Notes: generated by a model not told the origin, from the sequence alone. 18,389 nt of DNA from an uncultured Chlamydiae bacterium (GCA_963830365.1 CAWHMU010000006.1:1-18389); one strand, 5' to 3'; shown: positions 1-8,275, counted from the stretch's first letter. Made by a program: numbers and translations.

Positions 1-151
1 TGACGGGCTACAAAGAGATGGATTTGTCCATGCCTGCAAAAAATGATGAACCACTTTTCAACCACTCATTTGTGTGATGAGCCATAAAAGAGGGTGAGGC
101 TGACTTAACGGGCAGGGTGGATTGGAAGGACGAGGCTGATGGTCTTTGCTT

Positions 152-412
152 TTATAGCCTGTTATAAACGTCTTTTCTGCCAGCAACATCCAAGACCAGC
201 ACAACCAACCTACCATCAAAAATTCTATATATTATTCGGTAAATACCATATCGTATGCGGTATAATTCCTTGCCCGATAGCTTGAGTGATCCGTGTGGCC
301 TAGGATCATCAGCCAGACTTTCTATTTTTTCTTTGATTGATTTGGCGTCGCGTTTGGGTACTTTCTCTAATGCTTTCGCTAAGTTGATGTCGTAGTCAAT
401 TTTATAACTCAT
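152..412 (-). CDS. RelE/ParE-family type II toxin (RelE/StbE-like)
   Basis: 86 aa with the RelE-type pattern L..DPRP.G..KL.G..LYRIR.G.YRIIY.I.D..LVVLVL.V..R..VY. Overlaps the stop of the upstream antitoxin gene. Confidence 0.92.
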   Translation of the reverse strand: MSYKIDYDINLAKALEKVPKRDAKSIKEKIESLADDPRPHGSLKLSGKELYRIRYGIYRIIYRIFDGRLVVLVLDVAGRKDVYNRL

Positions 413-665
413 CCCATCCTACTTTTTTCATCATCACGGCGTGGGGAATTGTTTTGCTTCCATCTGCTACATGTCGATCCCAGGCTTGCTCTGCAGCTTC
501 AACATCCTCTTGTAATTCTAATTCGGCAAGCTTTTCCAAAATTGCTTGTGTCGCTAATTCGCGCACACTTATCCCTAATCTAATGGCCTGTATCTTTAGA
601 TGCCTACGTGCCTCTTCCGGAAATTCAAAGTTTAGGCGACTGGGCGTTTGTGGTTGTTGTCTCAT
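402..665 (-). CDS. Putative antitoxin with a ribbon-helix-helix-like N-terminus (RelB-like)
   Basis: Start placed at ATG 665, 5 nt after an AGGAGG SD (forward cctcct 671-676). RLNFEFPEE...LK..A...GIS.RE is RHH-like and is followed by an acidic segment (ELELQEDVEAAE). Directly upstream of, and overlapping, the toxin gene. Confidence 0.85.
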   Translation of the reverse strand: MRQQPQTPSRLNFEFPEEARRHLKIQAIRLGISVRELATQAILEKLAELELQEDVEAAEQAWDRHVADGSKTIPHAVMMKKVGWDEL

Positions 666-732
666 AAATGCCTCCTGCTTTCTTAATATTAACACAAATT
701 AACATTTGCAGTAAAGTTCAACCCCTAAGTCG

Positions 733-2002
733 CTAAGGTTGGTAAGGGGCCAGCTCCTGCCGCCTGCGCCTGTAAAGCAGATCGCTGGCTTCTTGAGGCA
801 GGCTTTTATCTTCGAGATAGGGCTTATAAGCCTCTTCTATACCCTTAAGCATGAGAGCTTTATATTGATTTCCTAGTAAAGACTTAAGGGCGGCAACGTT
901 CAAGCAGAGCGCTACGGCGATATATTCAAGACCATGTCCGTCATTGGAATGCGTTGAGGTGGCGTTCGCCATGGTTGTGGCATTGGCAGAGGCTAAATCA
1001 GTAGCATCCTGAACCATAAATGAGGCATAACTGCCATAAGTGCCAATAGCTAAAGGATATTGCGCTGCCACAACTCCAGAAATCAGCAGCGCCGACTTAA
1101 CAATTTTTGTTATGATTTCTCCACATGAAGATTTTCTCATATCATTCCCGATTTGACTGCCGATTAAGCAAACTAAGTTTCTGATAGAGAGTTTATCATG
1201 CTTGGCTTGATCGATTTGTTGTTGAATGGACTCGATAGCAATCATTCCCACCGCCAATCCACCCCAACGAGACAGAGCCATATTCTCTCTTTCGATCAGA
1301 AACGCCACTTCTTCATGGCTCAAAAGCGCGCGTTTTTCCAAAAGCATTTGGTTGTACGCGGCGATAATTTTCTCACAAATTTTCTGGTGATAAGGTCTTC
1401 TAAATAGCAAAGCCGCCATCGGCAGCGCCACAAAGTGTTTCAACTGTTCCAAATAAGTCACAGCCATGCCCATGTTACTAAGTCCTTGGACGGCGCTGCT
1501 GGCAGTATCGAAATCAGCCGAGCCGATTTCGCTTACCGCATACACGCGATTAGAATTTAAACATGCCCAGCTACCGATGATGGCGGGATAAACCGCACTT
1601 AATATCCCCAGTGAAACAATACCTTTTATAATCGTCAGTAAAGGTTTGTTTTTGGCTTCCTCACAATATGCCCGGTTGGCCAGAACTGGCTGACCACTGT
1701 GAATTTTTATCAATCTCATCCAACAGCTTTTGCATGTGCTGTGCCATCTCGAATTGTTTAAGGCTTTGTTGAACAATAATGGCCATGTCATCTTTATTTT
1801 CTTCTGTCAGCTCTGCTGTTTTTAGCTGACTTCCATGCGCGGGAAAACTCAAGCTTTGTCCAGCTAAACGGATGATCTTCTCGTCGCTTTCAGCTTTATT
1901 TTCTTCAGCCATAGTCAGCGTCAGTTGATTTTCAAGATCGCAATGGCTGTGATCCCGCGGCCACGAACCTGCAACAATTAAGGCATTCATTTCGACACTC
2001 AT
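733..2002 (-). pseudogene. Orphan membrane-protein gene split by an apparent +1 frameshift (ORFs 1661-2002 and 733-1791); ~422 aa if fused
   Basis: Two overlapping same-strand ORFs. Removing one base from the T5 run at 1704-1708 gives ...LLDEIDK-IHSGQPVLANRAYCEEAK... in one frame. The downstream part has two repeated hydrophobic units. The exact frameshift site is inferred. Confidence 0.65.
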
Positions 2003-2030
2003 GCTTAAACCATTTTTAATAGATATTTAG

Positions 2031-2068
2031 ATATGTAGCATTGGTTACATGTAACCGAAGTTACATAT
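2031..2068. promoter_or_regulatory. Tandem MntR-like operator boxes
   Basis: ATGTAGC-ATTG-GTTACAT (2033-2050) and ATGTAAC-CGAA-GTTACAT (2049-2066) overlap to form the perfect palindrome GGTTACATGTAACC (2043-2056). They resemble the E. coli MntR box (ATAGC-N4-GCTAT) and lie next to mntR. Confidence 0.75.
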
Positions 2069-2086
2069 GTCTTCACTTTTTGACAA
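2058..2086 (-). promoter_or_regulatory. Candidate sigma66/70 promoter for the 733-2002 gene
   Basis: Minus strand reads TTGTCA-17 nt-TAACTT. The -10 hexamer lies inside the second operator box. Confidence 0.45.
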
Positions 2087-2133
2087 TCATATTTGGATTT
2101 ATTTTTTATTTGGGCTATGGCATCGTCGTGAAC

Positions 2134-2559
2134 ATGGAAGATCAAGAAGCAGGCAGCGCGCGCGCGATTCACTTTAGAAAGGCTAGACTGCAACGCCTTT
2201 GTGAATTGGCAGAAGATTACACTGAGATGATTGCCGATTTAATAGCTGTGCAGGGCAAGGCCCGCGTGTGCGATCTGGCACGCGCAATGGGTATTTCGCA
2301 TGTCAGCGTCCTTAAAACGATCAAAAAGCTTATCCGCGACGGTTATTTGATAGATCATGTCAATCCCTTGATTGAGCTGACAGCCAAAGGCAAGGAGATG
2401 GCGGCCTATTCGAAAAAGAAGCATCTCACCCTATCGACTTTTCTGCTCAAGTTAGGCATTCCGGCACACATCGTGGCCACCGATGTAGAAGGGATCGAAC
2501 ACTATATCAGCCCCATCACTTTACAGGCCCTTGAAGCGCATTTGGCGAAATTGAACTGA
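2134..2559 (+). CDS. mntR: Manganese-dependent transcriptional regulator MntR (DtxR family, short E. coli-type)
   Basis: From ATG 2134: EDYTEMIADLI...G.ARVCD.A...G.S...V (winged helix), then LT.KG...A......H....FL..LG......D.EGIEH. Aligns along its length with E. coli MntR as recalled. Metal ligands DY.E, H and E..EH are retained. Confidence 0.9.
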   Translation: MEDQEAGSARAIHFRKARLQRLCELAEDYTEMIADLIAVQGKARVCDLARAMGISHVSVLKTIKKLIRDGYLIDHVNPLIELTAKGKEMAAYSKKKHLTLSTFLLKLGIPAHIVATDVEGIEHYISPITLQALEAHLAKLN

Positions 2560-2583
2560 AAGGAGGGCCCGGCCCCCTATCTC

Positions 2584-5169
2584 TCAGGAATTCCGTAGTC
2601 GATCCAAATGGCGCCTGAAATACATGCCCCATGGTTCCATCTTGGAGTTCCACGCTTGCTTACCTTGAACCGCTGAAGCTACAGCTGTTGACATTTGTTC
2701 TATATCTTTGAGGTCTGTCGTCGAGTTCAATATTTTATTCAAGACATCATATCTATGAAATTTTTCCGCCCTCTCAAATGTTTCTTTTAACATTACGGAT
2801 GCAACCGTATTGTCAATCGAATATCCTAGTCGAGGCCGCCTAACAATGTGGCCAATTTCTTCCATCATGATCTCTAGTCTTACAGGGTCTGTGACCAACC
2901 ACACTAGCTTGAACTCATTTGATTTAGAGGGAGTGTAAGAGTCTAAAGGAAGAGCGCCAATCTTGTCGAGATAACGTACATTTTCAGTTAGGCCCTGCCA
3001 GAACTTACTTTTGTCTTCAGCAACAAACGAAAGTTGCATTTTTATTCCACCATCAATGGTGTGTGAAAGCGTCAAGTTCGCACTAAAACGTGCATATTTG
3101 TGAACGCCCAGTTGTATTATTTCGCCATTAGAACCATCAATTGCGAAAATAGGCTTTTCAACAGGCGGATTAAAATCATATGAAGCTTCAACTCCTTTCC
3201 CAGTAACGTTTAAGCCTATGAATTTCGGTTTAAATCCCAGTCCATGCAGTGTCCAATACGTCTCTTCAATCCCCCCAGACAATCTATTATCCATTTTATG
3301 CATTTCCCCGACGGCCTTCAGGGATTTCTTAAGGAGCGATGGGAGGTTTGACTGAGGAAGCAGTTCCAGCTGCTCTGCGATTTGCAGATCAGTATCCTTA
3401 CCCTTCATGCTAGCTAATGATTCGATCGCCTTGATTGTATCATCGACAGATCCACCTTTTAAATAAAAGGCTAACCATGTCGGAAGGTCTCCAGCCTCTT
3501 TCATTCCCAGAACCTTTTTACAGAGCTCATCGGCACGTCCCCTAGACACTTGCCCTTCCTGCACTTGTTCTTCAAGGCCCATTAGAAATGCTGGCCAGTC
3601 TTTTTGGATTATAGGATCGATTGATTCACTCCCTAGAAAATAAAGATCGGCAATCGCTGCATCAGGAAACTTTGTGAGGTAGTCTTGAAAGGTTGTGACT
3701 TCTTTCAAAAGACTTTCGGCGTGGCTGATGGAGGGAAATTTACTAAGATAGCCCCTTTTCCCCATGCCTATTGTCTTGAGGGCCACATCTGTGATACTTG
3801 AAAGAGACCACCCCGCATCCTTTTGGGGCTTTAACTGGCGAACATCTTCTGTGACCTGCTCAATGGCATCCAGAAAAGCAAGGCTCTTTTGGGTTAAATA
3901 TTTAGCACTGTAAGGCCATTGTTTGCTTTGTCCAATTTGATTCGAGCGGCGGTTAAGCAAATCCCCCTGTAATCGAAGGGCATCCAGCTCTTGCACGACT
4001 TGTTCTTTAGTGGTAGCAGTTTTTAGGTTTTCGAAATGTTCAGCCACAGATTGAATGTTGGCCTTTCCTCCAGCCTGGTTGCTGGCGCCGAGCAGTAGCT
4101 GATCGTATGCTGCCAGATTTTGGCTACGCAGTGGACAAATACTGGTCAGATTGTGGCTTAACTTGAGGCTATTTGGCTGCCCAAACAAACCTCCATGGCT
4201 ATGCTCGGGACTGCTTCCCGGTAAACCTTGATTGATGAGATATCCCGCCCCTAGCAAGCAACAAAAAAGTGTACCGATCACTTTCGCTTTGGATGCCATT
4301 CTCCTTGTTTGTTTTTTAGCAGTCCGGTTTATAGGTGGAGTTTTGTCTAAGCGCTTATCATGCATTTCTTCTTGGTTACCGTTTGAAAAGTTGACAGAAT
4401 CATTCTCTTCACTAAGCGCCTCTGAGAGCGCATTTGAGGCCAGTTGTTCAACTTTCCGCCAAGGAACTTGAAAATTCTTCCTTTCAGCAGGGCTTCCCTG
4501 GGAGGAGTCGCTTTCGTCAATCGCATTTTTTTTAACTTCAGACTCCAAAACAGTTGCGCTATTGGCAGCCGCAGACCAAGGCAACCTGTCTTCATTATCG
4601 CCGTCATCCTGCGTTTTCATTATAACGTTAAGGGCAACTGTATCGGCCATGTCAGCAGTTGAGGTTATGGCCTGGCTGGAGGAGGGTGCCTGAATAACCT
4701 GAGACAGCCATGAGGATCCCCCTAAAGACTCACAAGGTGCTGGCATTTCTACAATATCATGAGCTCCACCTGGCGACGCATGAATCTTAACACCGAGATT
4801 TTGAAATGAGGAGCTTCCTTTAACGATCGATTGAATGAGGGTGTAAAGCTCTTGATGCTGAGCCACACTTTTTTTATCTAAGGGGATCAACCCTACCGCT
4901 TTTGCGGCATTCAAGATTTTTCCTAAATGATCTAACTGTAATTTCCCCTCATCGACACCTTTTTTTATGACTTTAATCAATTGACATTCAAGTATTTTTC
5001 GATTTGTCCGATTGGCGTAACCCAGCCATCCTCGAATGGTTTCGAATATCCTTCTGGCTAGTCCTGACTTTTGAATCTCAGCGCCATCACCATCACCGAG
5101 AACAACATAAGTTACATTGGGAGCTTGAGCAAGTAAATTAACTTGTCGCATAACAGGATCAAGTGACAT
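2584..5169 (-). CDS. Large hypothetical protein with one predicted TM segment (candidate secreted/membrane effector)
   Basis: 861-aa uninterrupted ORF. A Ser/acidic low-complexity linker and a basic patch precede the hydrophobic VIGTLFCCLLGAGYLI. No family recognised. Confidence 0.8.
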   Translation of the reverse strand: MSLDPVMRQVNLLAQAPNVTYVVLGDGDGAEIQKSGLARRIFETIRGWLGYANRTNRKILECQLIKVIKKGVDEGKLQLDHLGKILNAAKAVGLIPLDKKSVAQHQELYTLIQSIVKGSSSFQNLGVKIHASPGGAHDIVEMPAPCESLGGSSWLSQVIQAPSSSQAITSTADMADTVALNVIMKTQDDGDNEDRLPWSAAANSATVLESEVKKNAIDESDSSQGSPAERKNFQVPWRKVEQLASNALSEALSEENDSVNFSNGNQEEMHDKRLDKTPPINRTAKKQTRRMASKAKVIGTLFCCLLGAGYLINQGLPGSSPEHSHGGLFGQPNSLKLSHNLTSICPLRSQNLAAYDQLLLGASNQAGGKANIQSVAEHFENLKTATTKEQVVQELDALRLQGDLLNRRSNQIGQSKQWPYSAKYLTQKSLAFLDAIEQVTEDVRQLKPQKDAGWSLSSITDVALKTIGMGKRGYLSKFPSISHAESLLKEVTTFQDYLTKFPDAAIADLYFLGSESIDPIIQKDWPAFLMGLEEQVQEGQVSRGRADELCKKVLGMKEAGDLPTWLAFYLKGGSVDDTIKAIESLASMKGKDTDLQIAEQLELLPQSNLPSLLKKSLKAVGEMHKMDNRLSGGIEETYWTLHGLGFKPKFIGLNVTGKGVEASYDFNPPVEKPIFAIDGSNGEIIQLGVHKYARFSANLTLSHTIDGGIKMQLSFVAEDKSKFWQGLTENVRYLDKIGALPLDSYTPSKSNEFKLVWLVTDPVRLEIMMEEIGHIVRRPRLGYSIDNTVASVMLKETFERAEKFHRYDVLNKILNSTTDLKDIEQMSTAVASAVQGKQAWNSKMEPWGMYFRRHLDRLRNS

Positions 5170-5284
5170 AAAAAACCCAAAAAATTAAAGTTCTATAAAT
5201 CAACAAAACAATACATCACCATACTAGCATTATATACAAATACACTTCAGCTATCAACAACTTATACCATAAAAACAATACACA

Positions 5285-5656
5285 CGCTCATCACACAAAT
5301 GCGTACCCATGAGGTTTTCCCGACCTTCTCTGAGACTCTGTGCCTCTGTAGTGAAATCTGCTGACTGGTGGTATAATATTACTAATTAATGTGTTACGAA
5401 AACATTTACCACCGAGACACCGAGACAAAGAGAAGGAAAATGAGCCTTGTTCACCTTCATAGGAAAACTTTCGGTCACGATGATACTATCTTCTCTATCC
5501 TCTCTCCGTGCTCTCTGTGCCTCTGTGTTTCAAAAAAATCAAACACAGAGGCACAGAGAGCACGGAGCAAGAAATTGACCGGTTGGGTGAACAACGCCGG
5601 AAAATGAACTTGCTCTTAGGGTTTTGTTAATTAGGTACTTATTTGTGTGATGAACC
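5285..5656. mobile_element. Degenerate ISL3-type MITE
   Basis: Left end cgctcatcacacaaatgcgtacc (5285-5307) and right end ggtacttatttgtgtgatgaacc (5634-5656) form an imperfect IR (19/23). Same TIR family as 17309-17859. No target duplication visible. Confidence 0.6.
5444..5598 (+). repeat. ~155-bp repeat module with a perfect 27-bp-stem CACAGAG hairpin (copy 1)
   Basis: Stem 5504-5530/5541-5567 with a 10-nt loop. The module recurs inverted at 17630-17770. Confidence 0.9.
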
Positions 5657-5700
5657 ACCATGGTTTATCCTACAAATCAGAACCTTTGGAAATAAAAGAG

Positions 5701-5921
5701 GTTAGCTGCAAATAGCAGCCGCATGTATACCATGATCTAATGAGAATTTGACATATTGGACTGCGTGAAAGCTTGTGAGCCAAAAGCTGGACATTTAGCA
5801 AGTGATAACGGCGACTGTTTCATGGAGCTACTGTCGTCATGATCGCAGCTTGGCTTCTTTAATGACACCACCACAGGCTTACGCCTCTTGCTATATGCTG
5901 CCGCCGCTATTTGCGGCTAAC
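5701..5921. repeat. Degenerate REP/REPIN-like palindromic element
   Basis: gttagctgcaaatagcagccgcatgtata (5701-5729) pairs imperfectly with tatatgctgccgccgctatttgcggctaac (5892-5921). Inner cggcgac...gtcgtc pair and a caggcttacgcct hairpin. Confidence 0.6.
5727..5761 (+). repeat. 35-bp dispersed repeat (copy 1)
   Basis: ataccatgatctaatgagaatttgacatattggac, 34/35 identical to 16921-16955. Confidence 0.9.
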
Positions 5922-6020
5922 AACTATACTTTAAATATCAACCTATAATTTACATAAGGCAGAATATTCATTTGCCGGAATAGCCAAATTTTGTTTATAA
6001 AATAAAAAGCACAATATTCA

Positions 6021-6060
6021 AAAAGCAAACATTGCTTTTAATCATTAAAAACGTTACTAT
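6021..6060 (+). promoter_or_regulatory. Candidate sigma66 promoter with an overlapping palindrome
   Basis: TTGCTT (6032-6037)-17 nt-TACTAT (6055-6060). The IR AAAAGCAA-aca-TTGCTTTT (6021-6039) overlaps the -35. Confidence 0.55.
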
Positions 6061-6101
6061 ATTGATCTATCAATCTAACAACTTAGAGAAACGGCTGCGA
6101 C

Positions 6102-7004
6102 ATGCAACTTTTGAGCAAAATCTATTCCTTCGGTTCTTGCTGGTATGGCCAAAGCTTTAGCGCCGCCGGCCTGCCGCTTTGTGCCGCCAATGAAGCCCTA
6201 AAAACTGTCTCTCTTTATAGCGTTTCAAAGACCGCTGCCGAAAACATCGGGGCCTTGGCTTATTGGGGTGGCAAACAGCTGGCTTCAGGCTGCGACTATC
6301 TGGCCAACAAAAGCTGGTCTTTAGTCGGCGGCACCGAAGAGAGTGGCCTGTATGCTAAAATCAGAGAAGCGACAAAGCTCATCAGCCTCCCGTTAGAAAA
6401 AATCGACGCTGCCATCACAGACAGCATGGTGCCGCCGCCCGGTATGAATGAGATGGGTGAACAAAGCCCCCCCACTTTTCAAGCCAAAGATCTGATCGGC
6501 CCGGGCTTCTTGATTTCATTTTGCGGAGAGAAATGCTTGAACAATTTGGGCGAAGCCTATAAGCATATCACCATGCTGGCTAGCGGTAAGCGCAGCCATA
6601 CGCTTGCGTACCAGCCGGACAAAAAATCGCCACCAGTCACCAGAACGGTCTTTTACACCTCAGGGTCTCTGGCCTGGAAAACTCTTTTGGATCTGGTCGG
6701 CGCCGCCGCCGGCGCCGCCGGGGTTTACTATACAGGTTTAGGCATGAAAGACGTGTTGGTAAAGGCCGGCACAGAGGAAAATACAGCCCAGTTGCTGTCG
6801 GTGGCCTTTGCGACGATGTGCGTGGCAGGACCCAAGTTGCTCAAGACCCTCTACGAACAAGCTTGGAGTAACCAAGCCGCTGCGTCGTCGGAAAACGCTT
6901 CCGAACCTGGGAAAACTTGGATATGGGATGAAAGCCAACAGGATTATATCGAAGTCGATCAAGACCCGCAGTATCATAACGCCATCGTGGTGGAACCGGA
7001 ATGA
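6102..7004 (+). CDS. Hypothetical membrane-associated protein
   Basis: 300-aa ORF with a purine-rich (gaga) RBS-like stretch and promoter upstream. Hydrophobic stretches (LLDLVGAAAGAAGVYYTGLG; LLSVAFATMCVAG) and an acidic tail. Confidence 0.8.
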   Translation: MQLLSKIYSFGSCWYGQSFSAAGLPLCAANEALKTVSLYSVSKTAAENIGALAYWGGKQLASGCDYLANKSWSLVGGTEESGLYAKIREATKLISLPLEKIDAAITDSMVPPPGMNEMGEQSPPTFQAKDLIGPGFLISFCGEKCLNNLGEAYKHITMLASGKRSHTLAYQPDKKSPPVTRTVFYTSGSLAWKTLLDLVGAAAGAAGVYYTGLGMKDVLVKAGTEENTAQLLSVAFATMCVAGPKLLKTLYEQAWSNQAAASSENASEPGKTWIWDESQQDYIEVDQDPQYHNAIVVEPE

Positions 7005-8164
7005 CCATATCTGTTTCAGGATCAAAACCCTCAGGCAGTCTTTTTGCCATTGCTGATCTTACCGCCAAAGGCCTAGGTAAGGGCGTAGAGCTTAGCGCGG
7101 AAGCCTTGCTGCTGCTTGCGCGCGGATTATTTGGTGGATCGGAAAGCGAAAATACCGATCAGAGTCCGCGCGCCATCACCTTGCCAGACAATCCTACAGA
7201 TTTCAAACAGCTGGATCCGTCGTCGCTGGATGCCTCGTCGATAGAGACCCTGACCTCCCAGATTGCCAGCCGTTTCCTCAACCCTGACAACACCTCCGTG
7301 GTGGCATTACCGACAGAGACCTCGGCCGATGTTTGCTTGCCCGACACCATTTCCGACATTTCGGGACCCTTTACAACCGGCCTGGATCAGATTGCTGATG
7401 CTACGCATGATGTGGCTAAAGACATTCTTTCGGACATCCCGCAGGCCTCGATCGCTGAGAACTTAGCTACCGGCCTGCCCGCCAATGTAAAAACCATCAC
7501 GCAAAGTTCAAAGAAGCTGATCGGTGGTTGGCTGCCCATCATCGCCTGGCTGCTATATCACAGCAAAGAAATGCATTTGCGCAATATCAATTTGCATATC
7601 AACGCTACCAAGCTCATAACGAAATATTGCTTCACACTCATCAAAGGAAAGAACGAACATAGCCTTGCCTTTAAGGTGCAAGCCGGACGCCCCGTCGCCT
7701 TCGGCGACGAGGCCGAAATCGAAGGTATTTCCTCCACCCTTCCACCCCCTCTTTTTCAGCCGGAAAGCTTATGGGATACGCTTGGACCTCTTAAACACAT
7801 GGCTTGGCGTCGCCAGGAGCATGAGACGTTGTGCAATATCATCATCACAGATGCCGGCAATCCCGAATTGCGTAAAGGGCCAGTCATTCAAACCATCCCT
7901 TTGTCAGAAAAAGAGACCATGCGCATCATCCGGCAAGACCCCAAATTTGTACAAGCCCCTATCCCCTTTGATACTTTGGCTTCGGCAAAAGAGGCCGCAA
8001 GCTTTGCGAGTATGCATATCACGGATATAGACCTTTCCAGAACCACCACCTACAATGCCCGCATCCCGCTTGCCACCCCTGAAAATCCAAACAGCCATGA
8101 TGAATTCATCCATGTCAGCCAAGACCGTCCTCGGCTAGTAGCCCAAAATACAAAAAGAAAATAG
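7001..8164 (+). CDS. Hypothetical protein, probable distant paralogue of the upstream gene
   Basis: 387-aa ORF with an ATGA 4-bp overlap with the upstream stop. Ser/Thr/Asp-rich N-terminal half and hydrophobic LIGGWLPIIAWLLY. Confidence 0.8.
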   Translation: MTISVSGSKPSGSLFAIADLTAKGLGKGVELSAEALLLLARGLFGGSESENTDQSPRAITLPDNPTDFKQLDPSSLDASSIETLTSQIASRFLNPDNTSVVALPTETSADVCLPDTISDISGPFTTGLDQIADATHDVAKDILSDIPQASIAENLATGLPANVKTITQSSKKLIGGWLPIIAWLLYHSKEMHLRNINLHINATKLITKYCFTLIKGKNEHSLAFKVQAGRPVAFGDEAEIEGISSTLPPPLFQPESLWDTLGPLKHMAWRRQEHETLCNIIITDAGNPELRKGPVIQTIPLSEKETMRIIRQDPKFVQAPIPFDTLASAKEAASFASMHITDIDLSRTTTYNARIPLATPENPNSHDEFIHVSQDRPRLVAQNTKRK

Positions 8165-8275
8165 GCCGCTACCCTATCATTTTTCGTCCTTGGGGTGCTT
8201 AGCTTTGTACTTTTCTCTTATATCTTGAATATGCTATGCTATCTGTCAATCAACAGCCAAACACCACTTTTATTT

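Noticed and set aside
2041..2133. Hydrophobic N-terminal extension of MntR in the ORF track
   Set aside because: The TTG start lies within the operator. The extension is AT-rich promoter DNA and homology begins near ATG 2134.
5389..5607. 72-aa ORF (HRDTE...LCLCV...TEAQR)
   Set aside because: Translation of the CACAGAG palindromic repeat, not a gene.
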